Part shown: positions 33,017 to 41,184 of the stretch, in pieces | How the letters are laid out: each line of letters starts with the position of its first letter | How positions within the stretch are numbered: position 1 is the first letter of the stretch | DNA from: Chthonomonas calidirosea | GTDB taxonomy: Bacteria > Armatimonadota > Fimbriimonadia > Fimbriimonadales > Fimbriimonadaceae | Direction: 5' to 3' | DNA: 47,061 nt | Assembly: GCA_945859975.1 (NCBI GenBank) | Contig: CAMAPH010000022.1 | Location: 1-47,061, forward strand | Program-made: the position numbers and the translations under genes | The notes under the pieces: generated by a model | Told to the model about the DNA's origin: nothing | Databases searched by the model: none | The model's input: only the letters and a program-made list of their open reading frames with translations

Positions 33017-33457
33017 ATGAGCCCAAGACAACTCGCCCACGACGAGATCCAATCGGTAGTCGACTCCGAAACAAACGCCTGGAACAACCTAGACGCCGAC
33101 GCCCTCGTCGCCTTGTTCCACCCCGACATGGTCTGGGTTTGGCCGCCGGACGCGCAGAGCCACGACCCCGAAACCTGGGTCATGCCGATGGGCCGGTTCG
33201 ATGCCGACCGTTGGAAATCCGACTGGAACCGCCTGTTCCAAGACTTCACCCTGGCCCACAACCACCGAACCACCGTCCGCATCGAAGTCTCCGACCAGCT
33301 CGACGGAGCCTTCGCCGTCGTCGACGTCGACACCCTCTGGATCAACAAACACGACCAATCCAAATTCCACTGGCAAGGCCGCGCCTGCAAGGTTTACGTT
33401 AAGGTCGAAGACCGCTGGCTCTTCATCCACCAAACCGGCCTCCTGCAATACACTTGA
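33017..33457 (+). CDS. NTF2/SnoaL-like protein
   Basis: ETNAWNNLDADALVALFHPD...AVVDVDTLW...KVYVK..WLFIHQTG. Confidence 0.82.
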   Translation: MSPRQLAHDEIQSVVDSETNAWNNLDADALVALFHPDMVWVWPPDAQSHDPETWVMPMGRFDADRWKSDWNRLFQDFTLAHNHRTTVRIEVSDQLDGAFAVVDVDTLWINKHDQSKFHWQGRACKVYVKVEDRWLFIHQTGLLQYT

Positions 33458-33605
33458 CCCTAAGGCTCACAAACCAGAAAAACCCAAAATCCCAGGTTGA
33501 CATCCGCCCGTTTCGCCGCCTTAAAGAACGTGAACCAACCGCCTGCGAAAATTTAATTTACACCCGCCCCCAACGCGGGAGCATTTATAAATAAATTTCC
33601 GCCCC
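33331..33605 (+). repeat. Direct repeat copy 1 (3' end of NTF2 gene plus ~150 bp non-coding)
   Basis: Aligns by eye with 45917-46179; shared blocks include AAAATCCCAGGTTGACATCCGCCCGTTTCGCC and CCGCCCCCAACGCGGGAGCATTTATAAATAAATTT. Confidence 0.95.
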
Positions 33606-33756
33606 AAGAAACGAACCCAGATCCGGAAACCACCAGCCGCGCAAAAGCGAGCGGCAAAGCAAGGTTCAGAACCCAAAAGCCCAACCTGAACACCCCACCA
33701 ACCCGGTAGATTTGCCCCTTTTAATCTCCAACGGAAAATGCTAACTTAATGAAGTT

Positions 33757-36700
33757 ATGCGCGTCCTGGCTCTTTGGATCTCGCTTCTTTTCGCAACGGC
33801 AGTTGGCCAAGCCCAAAGCGGCGCCGAAGTCAGCGTCATGTACGGCCATTCCGACTCGGTCGAGTACATGGTGTTCTCCCCGAATAGCCGGTACCTGGCA
33901 ACGGGCTCGTCCGACGAATCCGTCATCGTGTGGGACACCCGGCTAGGCAGCGAGTTCCGCCGCTTCCGCCGCGTCGACGTTCTCCGAACCCTCTCAGACC
34001 TAAAGATCACCGATACAAAAGAGGCAAAGGAGAAAATGGCCCGCCTCGTGCTTGCCCTCCGCGGCGCCATGCCGCTGGGAATCTCCGCCGACGGCCGCAC
34101 CCTCGTCAGCGCTCACCGGGACCAGACGGTGAAGTTTTGGGACCTGACAAACGGTACCGACGTAGCAACCGAAGTCGCCGTCCCCCCCGCCCCGCGCACG
34201 GAAACCAAGATCAACAAGAGTCCAATCCCTGGGGTCAAAGTCGGAGCAGATAAGCCCGAGGAAGCCCTCTTCAACGACTTTCTGAAGGGGGCCGGCGGCC
34301 AGTTCCTAGGCGGACAGATACCGGTCATTGGCCGAATAAGAAACCTGCTCTACGGCGACGAAGGAACCGGCCAACGCCCGATCAATGAAGTCGTCCTCTT
34401 CGCCGCACCGCGCGACCTCAAGTTCGTCCTCGTCGGCGTACAGGACGGCGTCCGCTGCATCGACGTCGCAACTCGGCAACCGGTCGCAACCTACAAGCCG
34501 CGCGACAAGTACGGCGCCGCCGCCATTCGCCGCCTAGCCGTATCTCCCGACGGTCGGTACGGAGTTTGCACGCTGATCTCCGGCCGGGTCGAGGTTTTCG
34601 AACCGACAACCGGAAAGATCCTTGCGACCGAACGCGTCTGGAAAGAAGACGCCCCCATGCTCTCCATCAGCGAAGCCGGCGACTCCGCCGCCATGGTGAA
34701 CGAGAACGGTCGGCTTCAGGTCGTAGCGCTACCCAGCCTGGAGAAGAAGCTCCAAATCGACCCGCCAATGGGCTCTAGCGGCGCGCCAAGCGTCGTAATG
34801 TCGCCATCCGGTGACCGCGTTTACGTCGCCTACAAGCAAGTCCAAACCATCGATCCCTTCAACCCCCGCCCAATCACCTCGGCCAAACCCATCCTCGCAA
34901 ACGCCGTCACCGTCGCGTACTCGGTCGCCGAAGGAAAGGTTCTGTTCAAGGCGACCGGCATCGACGTAACCCGCGGTGTCTTCAGCAGCGATGGCCGCTA
35001 TTTGGCGCTCGGCGAATACGTCCTCGATACCCAAGTCGCTCCAGGTGAAACGCCACAAGCCCGCAGCCTCCGCCTAGGCATGCCCGATGGCGTTAAGTTC
35101 GTGGCAACCACCTCGCTCAACTCACCAAACGACGCCGCCTTCGCCCCCAGCGGACGGTTCATGGCACTCAAGGAGAGCAAGAACCGCACAAGCCTGCGAG
35201 ACGTGCAGACCGGACTCGGTGTTCTCACTCTCAGCGGCTTTGGCGATCCGATCCAGCGCATCCGCGCCACCGGCTCCCGCCTCCTGGTGGCCGGAGGAGC
35301 GGATCCAAACTCCTTCAACCGCCTCCTCGCCCCGTCACTTGCTGCGGCCACAGATATCGAACCAGACCTTCTTTCAAACCTCTACCGGCTGGAAGAACTC
35401 TTCAACAAAAAGAAGCCGGAAGTCCGAGTCTGGGATGAAGCGACAATTCCCGTCTTCGATCCGCCACTTTTGACCTTGGGTTACGGCGAACAAGCCGAAC
35501 GGCTCCTCGATGAAAAAGGCGTGCCGCCGACTTCGATCCGCTTGCTCGATCCAGCCACGTGGCGACAAGGCGTGGCAATCCAATCACAAGCCGGCGGCTT
35601 CGGCCGCTCGGAGATCGTCGAGCGAGAGCAACGTATCGTCGCGAGTTCCGCGGTCGGCCTCGGCGGCACAATCGCTTGGGACGCGCAGACCGGAAGCGTC
35701 GCCGCTGGTGCGTATCCGGCCAACGAAACCGTGCTTGCAGTCGACGTCTCGGGAAGCCGAGTCCTCGTGCAACGAACTGAGAACATCCGTGGAAAGCCCC
35801 AACGTCGTGGAGTCCTGAAGATCGACGGAAAGGACGCCTTCGTTGTGATGAAGCAGCCGCAAGAGATCGACAACTTCCGGTTTCATTTCAGCGCCGACGG
35901 CTCGACGCTGATGTTGGTAGATCCACGAAGAATCCGCCGCTTCAATGTCAGCACCCTGAAGTTCGTACCGGACGTTCGAGTTTCAGTACTGCAAGTCACC
36001 GAAGACGGTGCCTACGCCGTGCTTCGAAACCGCGGTGCCGCGACCCTCTACGACCTGGCCGCCGGAAAGGACGTGTGCAACGTGAAGGAAGTTCCCCTCC
36101 TCATTCAGTCCCTCGCGGTGAGCCCAGAAACCGGCAGATTCGCCCTCGGCCATTCATTCAACAAATTAACCGTGCACGACATGGCCACCGGCGAGCGCCG
36201 GAACACCATCGAAAGCCACGAGGATATGGTCACCGGGATCGCCTTTTTGGATGCCGGTAAGCGATTGGTGAGCGCGTCATACGACTGCACAATGCGCATG
36301 TGGGATGACGCCGGAAAGGAAGTCGTCCGCTTCGTCCCGCTCGGTGAGTCGGACTTTGTGGTGGTCACTCCGGACAACCGCTACATGTCGTCGCGCGGAG
36401 CTGATACCGGCTTAGCGTTCCGGCTCGAAGGTGGAACGTATCCGTTTGAGCAGTTCGACTTGGCGCTGAACCGGCCCGATCTCGTGCTCCCGCGTATCGG
36501 AACACCCGATCCTAAGCTTGTGCAACTCTACGAAGCGGCATACCGCAGAAGAGTCCTCCGCGACGGCCTTGAGGCAGCCACTTCAGACTTAACCAAGCGC
36601 CCAACTCTTGAGGTTCCGAAGCGAGACGAGATCGCCGGGGTTGCGACCCAGCCGACGCTCTTACTCCGAGTTCAGGCAAGTGCCCCCACGGGACGCACGC

Positions 36701-37704
36701 TGAAGCGGTTCGACGTTTGGGTGAACGATGTCCCCGTCCCGCAGGTCTACGGGCCCCCGCGGCCCCTTGGCGCAAAGTGGGAAGGCAACCTGGACCCAAT
36801 CCGCCTGAGCGCTGGCCGCAATAAGGTGCAGGTGGTAGCTGTTGACAGCGCAGGCGTACGCTCGCTCTTCGAGACCTTGTACGTTCGACGCGATGCCCAA
36901 GTCCGCCGGGTCCTGCACATTCTTACCGTCGGCGTATCGGACTATCAGACCGGTAGCGATCTCAAGTATGCCGACGACGACGCCAAGGCCCTCGCCGTTC
37001 CAGAGCTGTATGCCGGGGCGTTCGACGAAGTCAAAGTCACCGCCGTACTCACCGACGCCAATGCAACTCGCGCCAACATCGTCGCCGCCGTGAAGAAGCT
37101 AGAGACAACATCGCCCGAAGACGCGATCCTCATTGCGTTCGCCGGCCACGGTCTCATCGATCCGAAAGACAAGCAGTTCTACTTCGCCACCTACGACACC
37201 GACTTTGCCAATCCACGAGAGAAGGGCATCGCATACGAAACCCTGCCAGAGCTCCTCCGAGCCGTGCCCTCGAGGCAGCGTCTCATCATGTTCGACGCCT
37301 GCTTCTCCGGGGAGCCCGACGGCACGGAAGAAGCGCAGCGCGTTCCGCTTGCCGATGGCATCGTACGTTCGGGGACCCGAGTCGCCGGAACCTATAAAGT
37401 GAGCCAAGCGGTCCAGGTCATGCAGACTCTGTTTTCAAACCTGAACCGCGGCGTCGGCGCCCACATCATTGCGGCGGCCGGTGGAAATGAGTTCGCGGTC
37501 GAAAAGGACGGCCACGGCATCTTCACCTCCGCGGTGCTAGAGGCACTTCGCGACCCAAGCATCGCTGGCGGCAACGTTAAAGATGGCCTCGCCGTCACGC
37601 GCCTCCGCGAGTTCGTCCTTCGCCGCGTTCAAGCGCTGTCCGGCGGCCGTCAGTCGCCAATCTCACGCGCTGAGAACCTAGCACTGGACTTTCGAATCCG
37701 TTAA
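33757..37704 (+). CDS. Secreted WD40-repeat protein with C-terminal caspase (peptidase C14) domain
   Basis: Signal peptide; GHSDSV..FSPNSRYLATGSSD.SVIVWD WD40 repeats; FAGHG and FDACFSG catalytic dyad. Confidence 0.9.
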   Translation: MRVLALWISLLFATAVGQAQSGAEVSVMYGHSDSVEYMVFSPNSRYLATGSSDESVIVWDTRLGSEFRRFRRVDVLRTLSDLKITDTKEAKEKMARLVLALRGAMPLGISADGRTLVSAHRDQTVKFWDLTNGTDVATEVAVPPAPRTETKINKSPIPGVKVGADKPEEALFNDFLKGAGGQFLGGQIPVIGRIRNLLYGDEGTGQRPINEVVLFAAPRDLKFVLVGVQDGVRCIDVATRQPVATYKPRDKYGAAAIRRLAVSPDGRYGVCTLISGRVEVFEPTTGKILATERVWKEDAPMLSISEAGDSAAMVNENGRLQVVALPSLEKKLQIDPPMGSSGAPSVVMSPSGDRVYVAYKQVQTIDPFNPRPITSAKPILANAVTVAYSVAEGKVLFKATGIDVTRGVFSSDGRYLALGEYVLDTQVAPGETPQARSLRLGMPDGVKFVATTSLNSPNDAAFAPSGRFMALKESKNRTSLRDVQTGLGVLTLSGFGDPIQRIRATGSRLLVAGGADPNSFNRLLAPSLAAATDIEPDLLSNLYRLEELFNKKKPEVRVWDEATIPVFDPPLLTLGYGEQAERLLDEKGVPPTSIRLLDPATWRQGVAIQSQAGGFGRSEIVEREQRIVASSAVGLGGTIAWDAQTGSVAAGAYPANETVLAVDVSGSRVLVQRTENIRGKPQRRGVLKIDGKDAFVVMKQPQEIDNFRFHFSADGSTLMLVDPRRIRRFNVSTLKFVPDVRVSVLQVTEDGAYAVLRNRGAATLYDLAAGKDVCNVKEVPLLIQSLAVSPETGRFALGHSFNKLTVHDMATGERRNTIESHEDMVTGIAFLDAGKRLVSASYDCTMRMWDDAGKEVVRFVPLGESDFVVVTPDNRYMSSRGADTGLAFRLEGGTYPFEQFDLALNRPDLVLPRIGTPDPKLVQLYEAAYRRRVLRDGLEAATSDLTKRPTLEVPKRDEIAGVATQPTLLLRVQASAPTGRTLKRFDVWVNDVPVPQVYGPPRPLGAKWEGNLDPIRLSAGRNKVQVVAVDSAGVRSLFETLYVRRDAQVRRVLHILTVGVSDYQTGSDLKYADDDAKALAVPELYAGAFDEVKVTAVLTDANATRANIVAAVKKLETTSPEDAILIAFAGHGLIDPKDKQFYFATYDTDFANPREKGIAYETLPELLRAVPSRQRLIMFDACFSGEPDGTEEAQRVPLADGIVRSGTRVAGTYKVSQAVQVMQTLFSNLNRGVGAHIIAAAGGNEFAVEKDGHGIFTSAVLEALRDPSIAGGNVKDGLAVTRLREFVLRRVQALSGGRQSPISRAENLALDFRIR

Positions 37705-40700
37705 CGCGAATTCCCCGTGAGCACAAACGGCGCCCAATAGTAGGGGTGAGCGTAGCGGGGAAGTCCGGTGGGCCATTTGGGAGCAGCGGAAGCTGCTCTC
37801 TTTGCCTTGGTGTCCGACCGTCTAACTCCCGCGGGAACACTGACGATTTGGCGACCGCTCAAAAACTCCAGCTGAACGCTTCGAAGGGCGGCCAGTGGAG
37901 AAGTCTTCGGGTTGGCCGCGAGCTTTGCGTACATTCGGCGCATCAGCTCGGCCGTCGGTTGGTCCGCCACTGGCCAAAGGCTCGCTGCGACCGCTCCGAC
38001 CCCTTTGCGCAGCAGTCGCTCTGCCATCCCTTCGGCGGCATAGCCGTCCGAGTCCTCGGCTCCCGGCGCCGTCTCGCAAGCGGAAAGCACGACCAGCCGA
38101 AGAGATGCGAACAGCGAGTTGGGCAGCGATTCCAGCTCCTGCAGCGACATCTTAGTGCCGTCGCCAAGGAGCAACTGCGAGTTCTCCGGCGGTCCTGGCC
38201 GCAGAGAAAAGTGGCTAGCAAGGTGCAAGACTGTCGGCTTCGCCCGCAGACCCGCTTCCAGCGCCTTGCGGGTGAATTCGCCGTTGCGCAGAGGCTTCCC
38301 GGGGAAAGCGGCGGCGATGGCACTGAGTTCGGCATCGACTCCCGGCAGCGCCGTGTAGCCCGGAGCGGCCTTCGAAGCACCGCAAGCCAGTACGCGGTAA
38401 CCGGTTCGCTTATCGTCCGGTCGCAGCGCGTCCGACCCCGGGAAGTAGGCGTGTACTCGGCGCGCGACGAGGAACTTCTCACCGTCCCAAAGCGCACCCA
38501 CCGGGATCAAACGCAGAGCGCCATCGAGCGACCAGAGCACGGTCTTGACTCCCTCCGCCTTAAGATGCGCCTCGATAGGCGCAGCAAGGACTTTATAGAT
38601 CGCCAACCCAGAAGGTCGCGGGTCACGTGTCGGATCTTCCAACACCTGTCGGAAAGTCGTAACGCGCTTGCCGAGGTCCTTAACCGAGGTCTTAAAGGAG
38701 CGCAGGCTGCCATTGGTGGCAACTAGGAGGTGGAGATCGTTCTCTCGGTAGAGAGCATAAACGGCCGCCGTTCCTTTGGGCGTGGCCCGCTTGATGCGCT
38801 CGAAGGCGGGGGTGGATTCCAACTTGCCGCCGCCCTTTTTGGAATCTTCCATCACGCGGCGAATGGTGGCGGAATAGGCGGTGCGGAGCTTTTCCAGTTC
38901 CGGCTCCAGCGCCTTGGCTCCGGCTGTATCCTTGCGCAAGCGTAGCGCCTGCTCGCGGGCACCCACTTCAGAAAGCGTCCTGCCCGCGGCCTCGATCTGG
39001 GCGTCCCACTTTGCCTCCACCGGAGTAAGGGGCATCGCGCCGCTCCATGCCGCGCGGTCAGCTTCAGTGCGCTCCTGAGCCTTCAGCAGGTCCATCGCAT
39101 GAAGAGCTTCCGCCTCCCGGCTTTGATCCAGGAGCAACGGAGCCAAGAAGCGGAACACAGCTTCGTTTTTGCGCGACAGCCGTCCCCGCAATTCGCCATC
39201 CAACCCACGCGCACCAAGTCGCACGCTCTGCGAAGCATTTGCCGATTGCTTCGCGAAGTAAGTGGCGACCAAGGGATGTTTGGCCACCATGAGTGAGGCA
39301 ATTCCGCCTAAAACTTGTGCCACGCCAGATCGACTCTTAGCGGCTACCAAAATCGGCAGAGCATGCTCGTAGCGCTCAAGCGCCTTCGCTGGTTGGCCGG
39401 TCTCGCGGAAAAGCGTACCGATCTTGACATGCCCAGTTGCCACTTCGCCTTGAATCTCTAATGTTTCCGCCAAAGCTACAGATTTCTCGAAACAGTTGAG
39501 CGCTTTCGCATAATCACCGAGGGACTGGTAGACGCTGCCAATCTGGCTAAGGCTGGTGGCTTCAATTGACCGATTTCGGATTTCGAGTGAGATGGAGAGC
39601 GCCAGGTTGTGGTGTTCCAAAGCTTTCGCTGACTCGCCGGACCTGCCGTAGAGCAAACCAATGTTGTTAAGAGTGGTTGCCTCTCTGACGCGATCCTTTA
39701 TTTCACGAAAGATTCGTAGTGCTTGCTCGAAATACTGCAGCGCTCGGATGCTTTGCCCGAGACTGTCATACGTGCTCCCGATACCAGCTAAAGTTTGGGC
39801 CTCTCCACCGAGGTCTTGAACTTCTTTCCGGATCTTTAGTGCTCTGTCAAAATACTTAAGCGCCTTTGATGGCTCACCAAACCCAGAGTAAACTATTGCG
39901 ATATTGCTAAGCGTTACGGCATAAGTGCGTTTATCGCCGATTTCGTCCAGAACAGTTAACAAGCGCTCCAAACTATCGAGAGCCCTACCTGTTTGTCCGA
40001 TCGAGTTGTTTACGGCGGCAATGTTGTTGAGAGTCGACGCCGCTCCTCGAAGGTCTCCAATCTCTTTCAGGATCGGAAGTGCCAGCTCGTAGAATTCTAG
40101 CGCTTTTGCCGATCGGCCGAGGTCTGTAAAGACGAAACCCGTATTATTAAGGGTTGCCGCCTCTTGACGCCGATCCTTTACCCTCCTCGAGATTGCGAGG
40201 GCATTCTCGTAAAATTCCAAGGCCTTCGCCGGCTGGCCGATGCTCTGATACACCGCGCCAAGATTATGCAAGGTTGCTCCCTCTCCAGCAAGATCTCCCA
40301 CTTCCCTTCGCAAATTTAACGACTTAACCAGGTATCCTATCGCAGTTGCAGAATCACCGCGATCGGAGTACACGACTCCGATAGACGTTAACACGATAGC
40401 TTCACCGAATCGGTCACCTACAGCCCGTTGGAGTGGGAGTGCACGGTTGTAGTAGCTTATTGCTTTGTCGGGTTGGCCAAGATTTCGCGCTAGAACACCG
40501 AGATTCGCGAGCGTTACCGCCTGCCCGCGTTCATTTTTGAGCGTTTCCTGGATGTGTAGTGCTTGCTCATAGTACTCCCTCGCGTTCGCAGGCTGGCCGA
40601 TACTTGAGCAGACATTGCCGATGTTGCTTAAGGTCGTTGCTTCAGTTACTTGATCACCGACTTCCCTTAGAATGGGCAGCGCAAGCTCGTAGTAGTACCT

Positions 40701-41096
40701 AGCCTTAGCCGGTTGGCCAATGCGGTCGTAGACGAGGCCGATGTTGTTCAGGGTCACCGCCTCACCACCCCGGTCCCCCGCGTACTTTCGGATGGGTAGA
40801 GCCCGCTCATAGTATTCCAGCGCCTTCGCCGGCTGTCCAAGATCAAAGTTGCAACGCCCGATCCAGTTGAGTGCTAGGCCTTCCCCGACCCGGTCGCCGC
40901 GCTCCTGAGCGACCTTCAAAGCCTGCTCAAAGACAGGCAACCGTTGCGCCCACGTCTTGTCGCCAGCCGCACCCTCGTCCAACAGCCTCTGCACCTCCGG
41001 CGTCGGCTTAGGCGCGGGCTTTACCGTCTGCGCCGCAACCTGCGCAGAAAATATCGCCAGCCCGAGGAGCACAATGGCCGTCAGATGCAATCTCAT
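37701..41096 (-). CDS. Secreted TPR-repeat CHAT-domain protease
   Basis: Signal peptide; 13 tandem 40-aa TPRs; DGALRLIP, LHLASHF, VLSACET, ASLWPVAD, HPYYWAPFVLTGN. Confidence 0.92.
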   Translation of the reverse strand: MRLHLTAIVLLGLAIFSAQVAAQTVKPAPKPTPEVQRLLDEGAAGDKTWAQRLPVFEQALKVAQERGDRVGEGLALNWIGRCNFDLGQPAKALEYYERALPIRKYAGDRGGEAVTLNNIGLVYDRIGQPAKARYYYELALPILREVGDQVTEATTLSNIGNVCSSIGQPANAREYYEQALHIQETLKNERGQAVTLANLGVLARNLGQPDKAISYYNRALPLQRAVGDRFGEAIVLTSIGVVYSDRGDSATAIGYLVKSLNLRREVGDLAGEGATLHNLGAVYQSIGQPAKALEFYENALAISRRVKDRRQEAATLNNTGFVFTDLGRSAKALEFYELALPILKEIGDLRGAASTLNNIAAVNNSIGQTGRALDSLERLLTVLDEIGDKRTYAVTLSNIAIVYSGFGEPSKALKYFDRALKIRKEVQDLGGEAQTLAGIGSTYDSLGQSIRALQYFEQALRIFREIKDRVREATTLNNIGLLYGRSGESAKALEHHNLALSISLEIRNRSIEATSLSQIGSVYQSLGDYAKALNCFEKSVALAETLEIQGEVATGHVKIGTLFRETGQPAKALERYEHALPILVAAKSRSGVAQVLGGIASLMVAKHPLVATYFAKQSANASQSVRLGARGLDGELRGRLSRKNEAVFRFLAPLLLDQSREAEALHAMDLLKAQERTEADRAAWSGAMPLTPVEAKWDAQIEAAGRTLSEVGAREQALRLRKDTAGAKALEPELEKLRTAYSATIRRVMEDSKKGGGKLESTPAFERIKRATPKGTAAVYALYRENDLHLLVATNGSLRSFKTSVKDLGKRVTTFRQVLEDPTRDPRPSGLAIYKVLAAPIEAHLKAEGVKTVLWSLDGALRLIPVGALWDGEKFLVARRVHAYFPGSDALRPDDKRTGYRVLACGASKAAPGYTALPGVDAELSAIAAAFPGKPLRNGEFTRKALEAGLRAKPTVLHLASHFSLRPGPPENSQLLLGDGTKMSLQELESLPNSLFASLRLVVLSACETAPGAEDSDGYAAEGMAERLLRKGVGAVAASLWPVADQPTAELMRRMYAKLAANPKTSPLAALRSVQLEFLSGRQIVSVPAGVRRSDTKAKRAASAAPKWPTGLPRYAHPYYWAPFVLTGNSR
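39336..40895 (-). repeat. 13 x 120-bp (40-aa) TPR coding repeats
   Basis: Consensus D+xGEAxTLxNIGxVYxxxGQPAKALEYYExALxIxxExx at an exact 40-aa period. Confidence 0.9.
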
Positions 41097-41184
41097 AGTC
41101 CTAGTATAAGCCTAACCCGGTCAAACCACCAACAGAAAACTAAATCTGCAACCGACTCATAGCCATCGACGTACCATTGCAAAG

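Noticed and set aside
33545..33602. Integron attC or dif site
   Set aside because: No RYYYAAC/GTTRRRY boxes flank the hairpin, there is no XerC/D consensus, and no integrase is in the window.
37746..38726. 326-aa plus-strand ORF
   Set aside because: Antisense to the CHAT domain; Arg-rich GC artefact.
39336..40895. Diversity-generating retroelement acting on the TPRs
   Set aside because: No reverse transcriptase and no template/variable repeat pair differing only at adenines was seen.
31380..41096. CRISPR-Cas or Craspase locus (Cas4-like plus TPR-CHAT)
   Set aside because: No repeat-spacer array and no cas1, cas7-11 or cas10 seen; the CHAT protein has a signal peptide.
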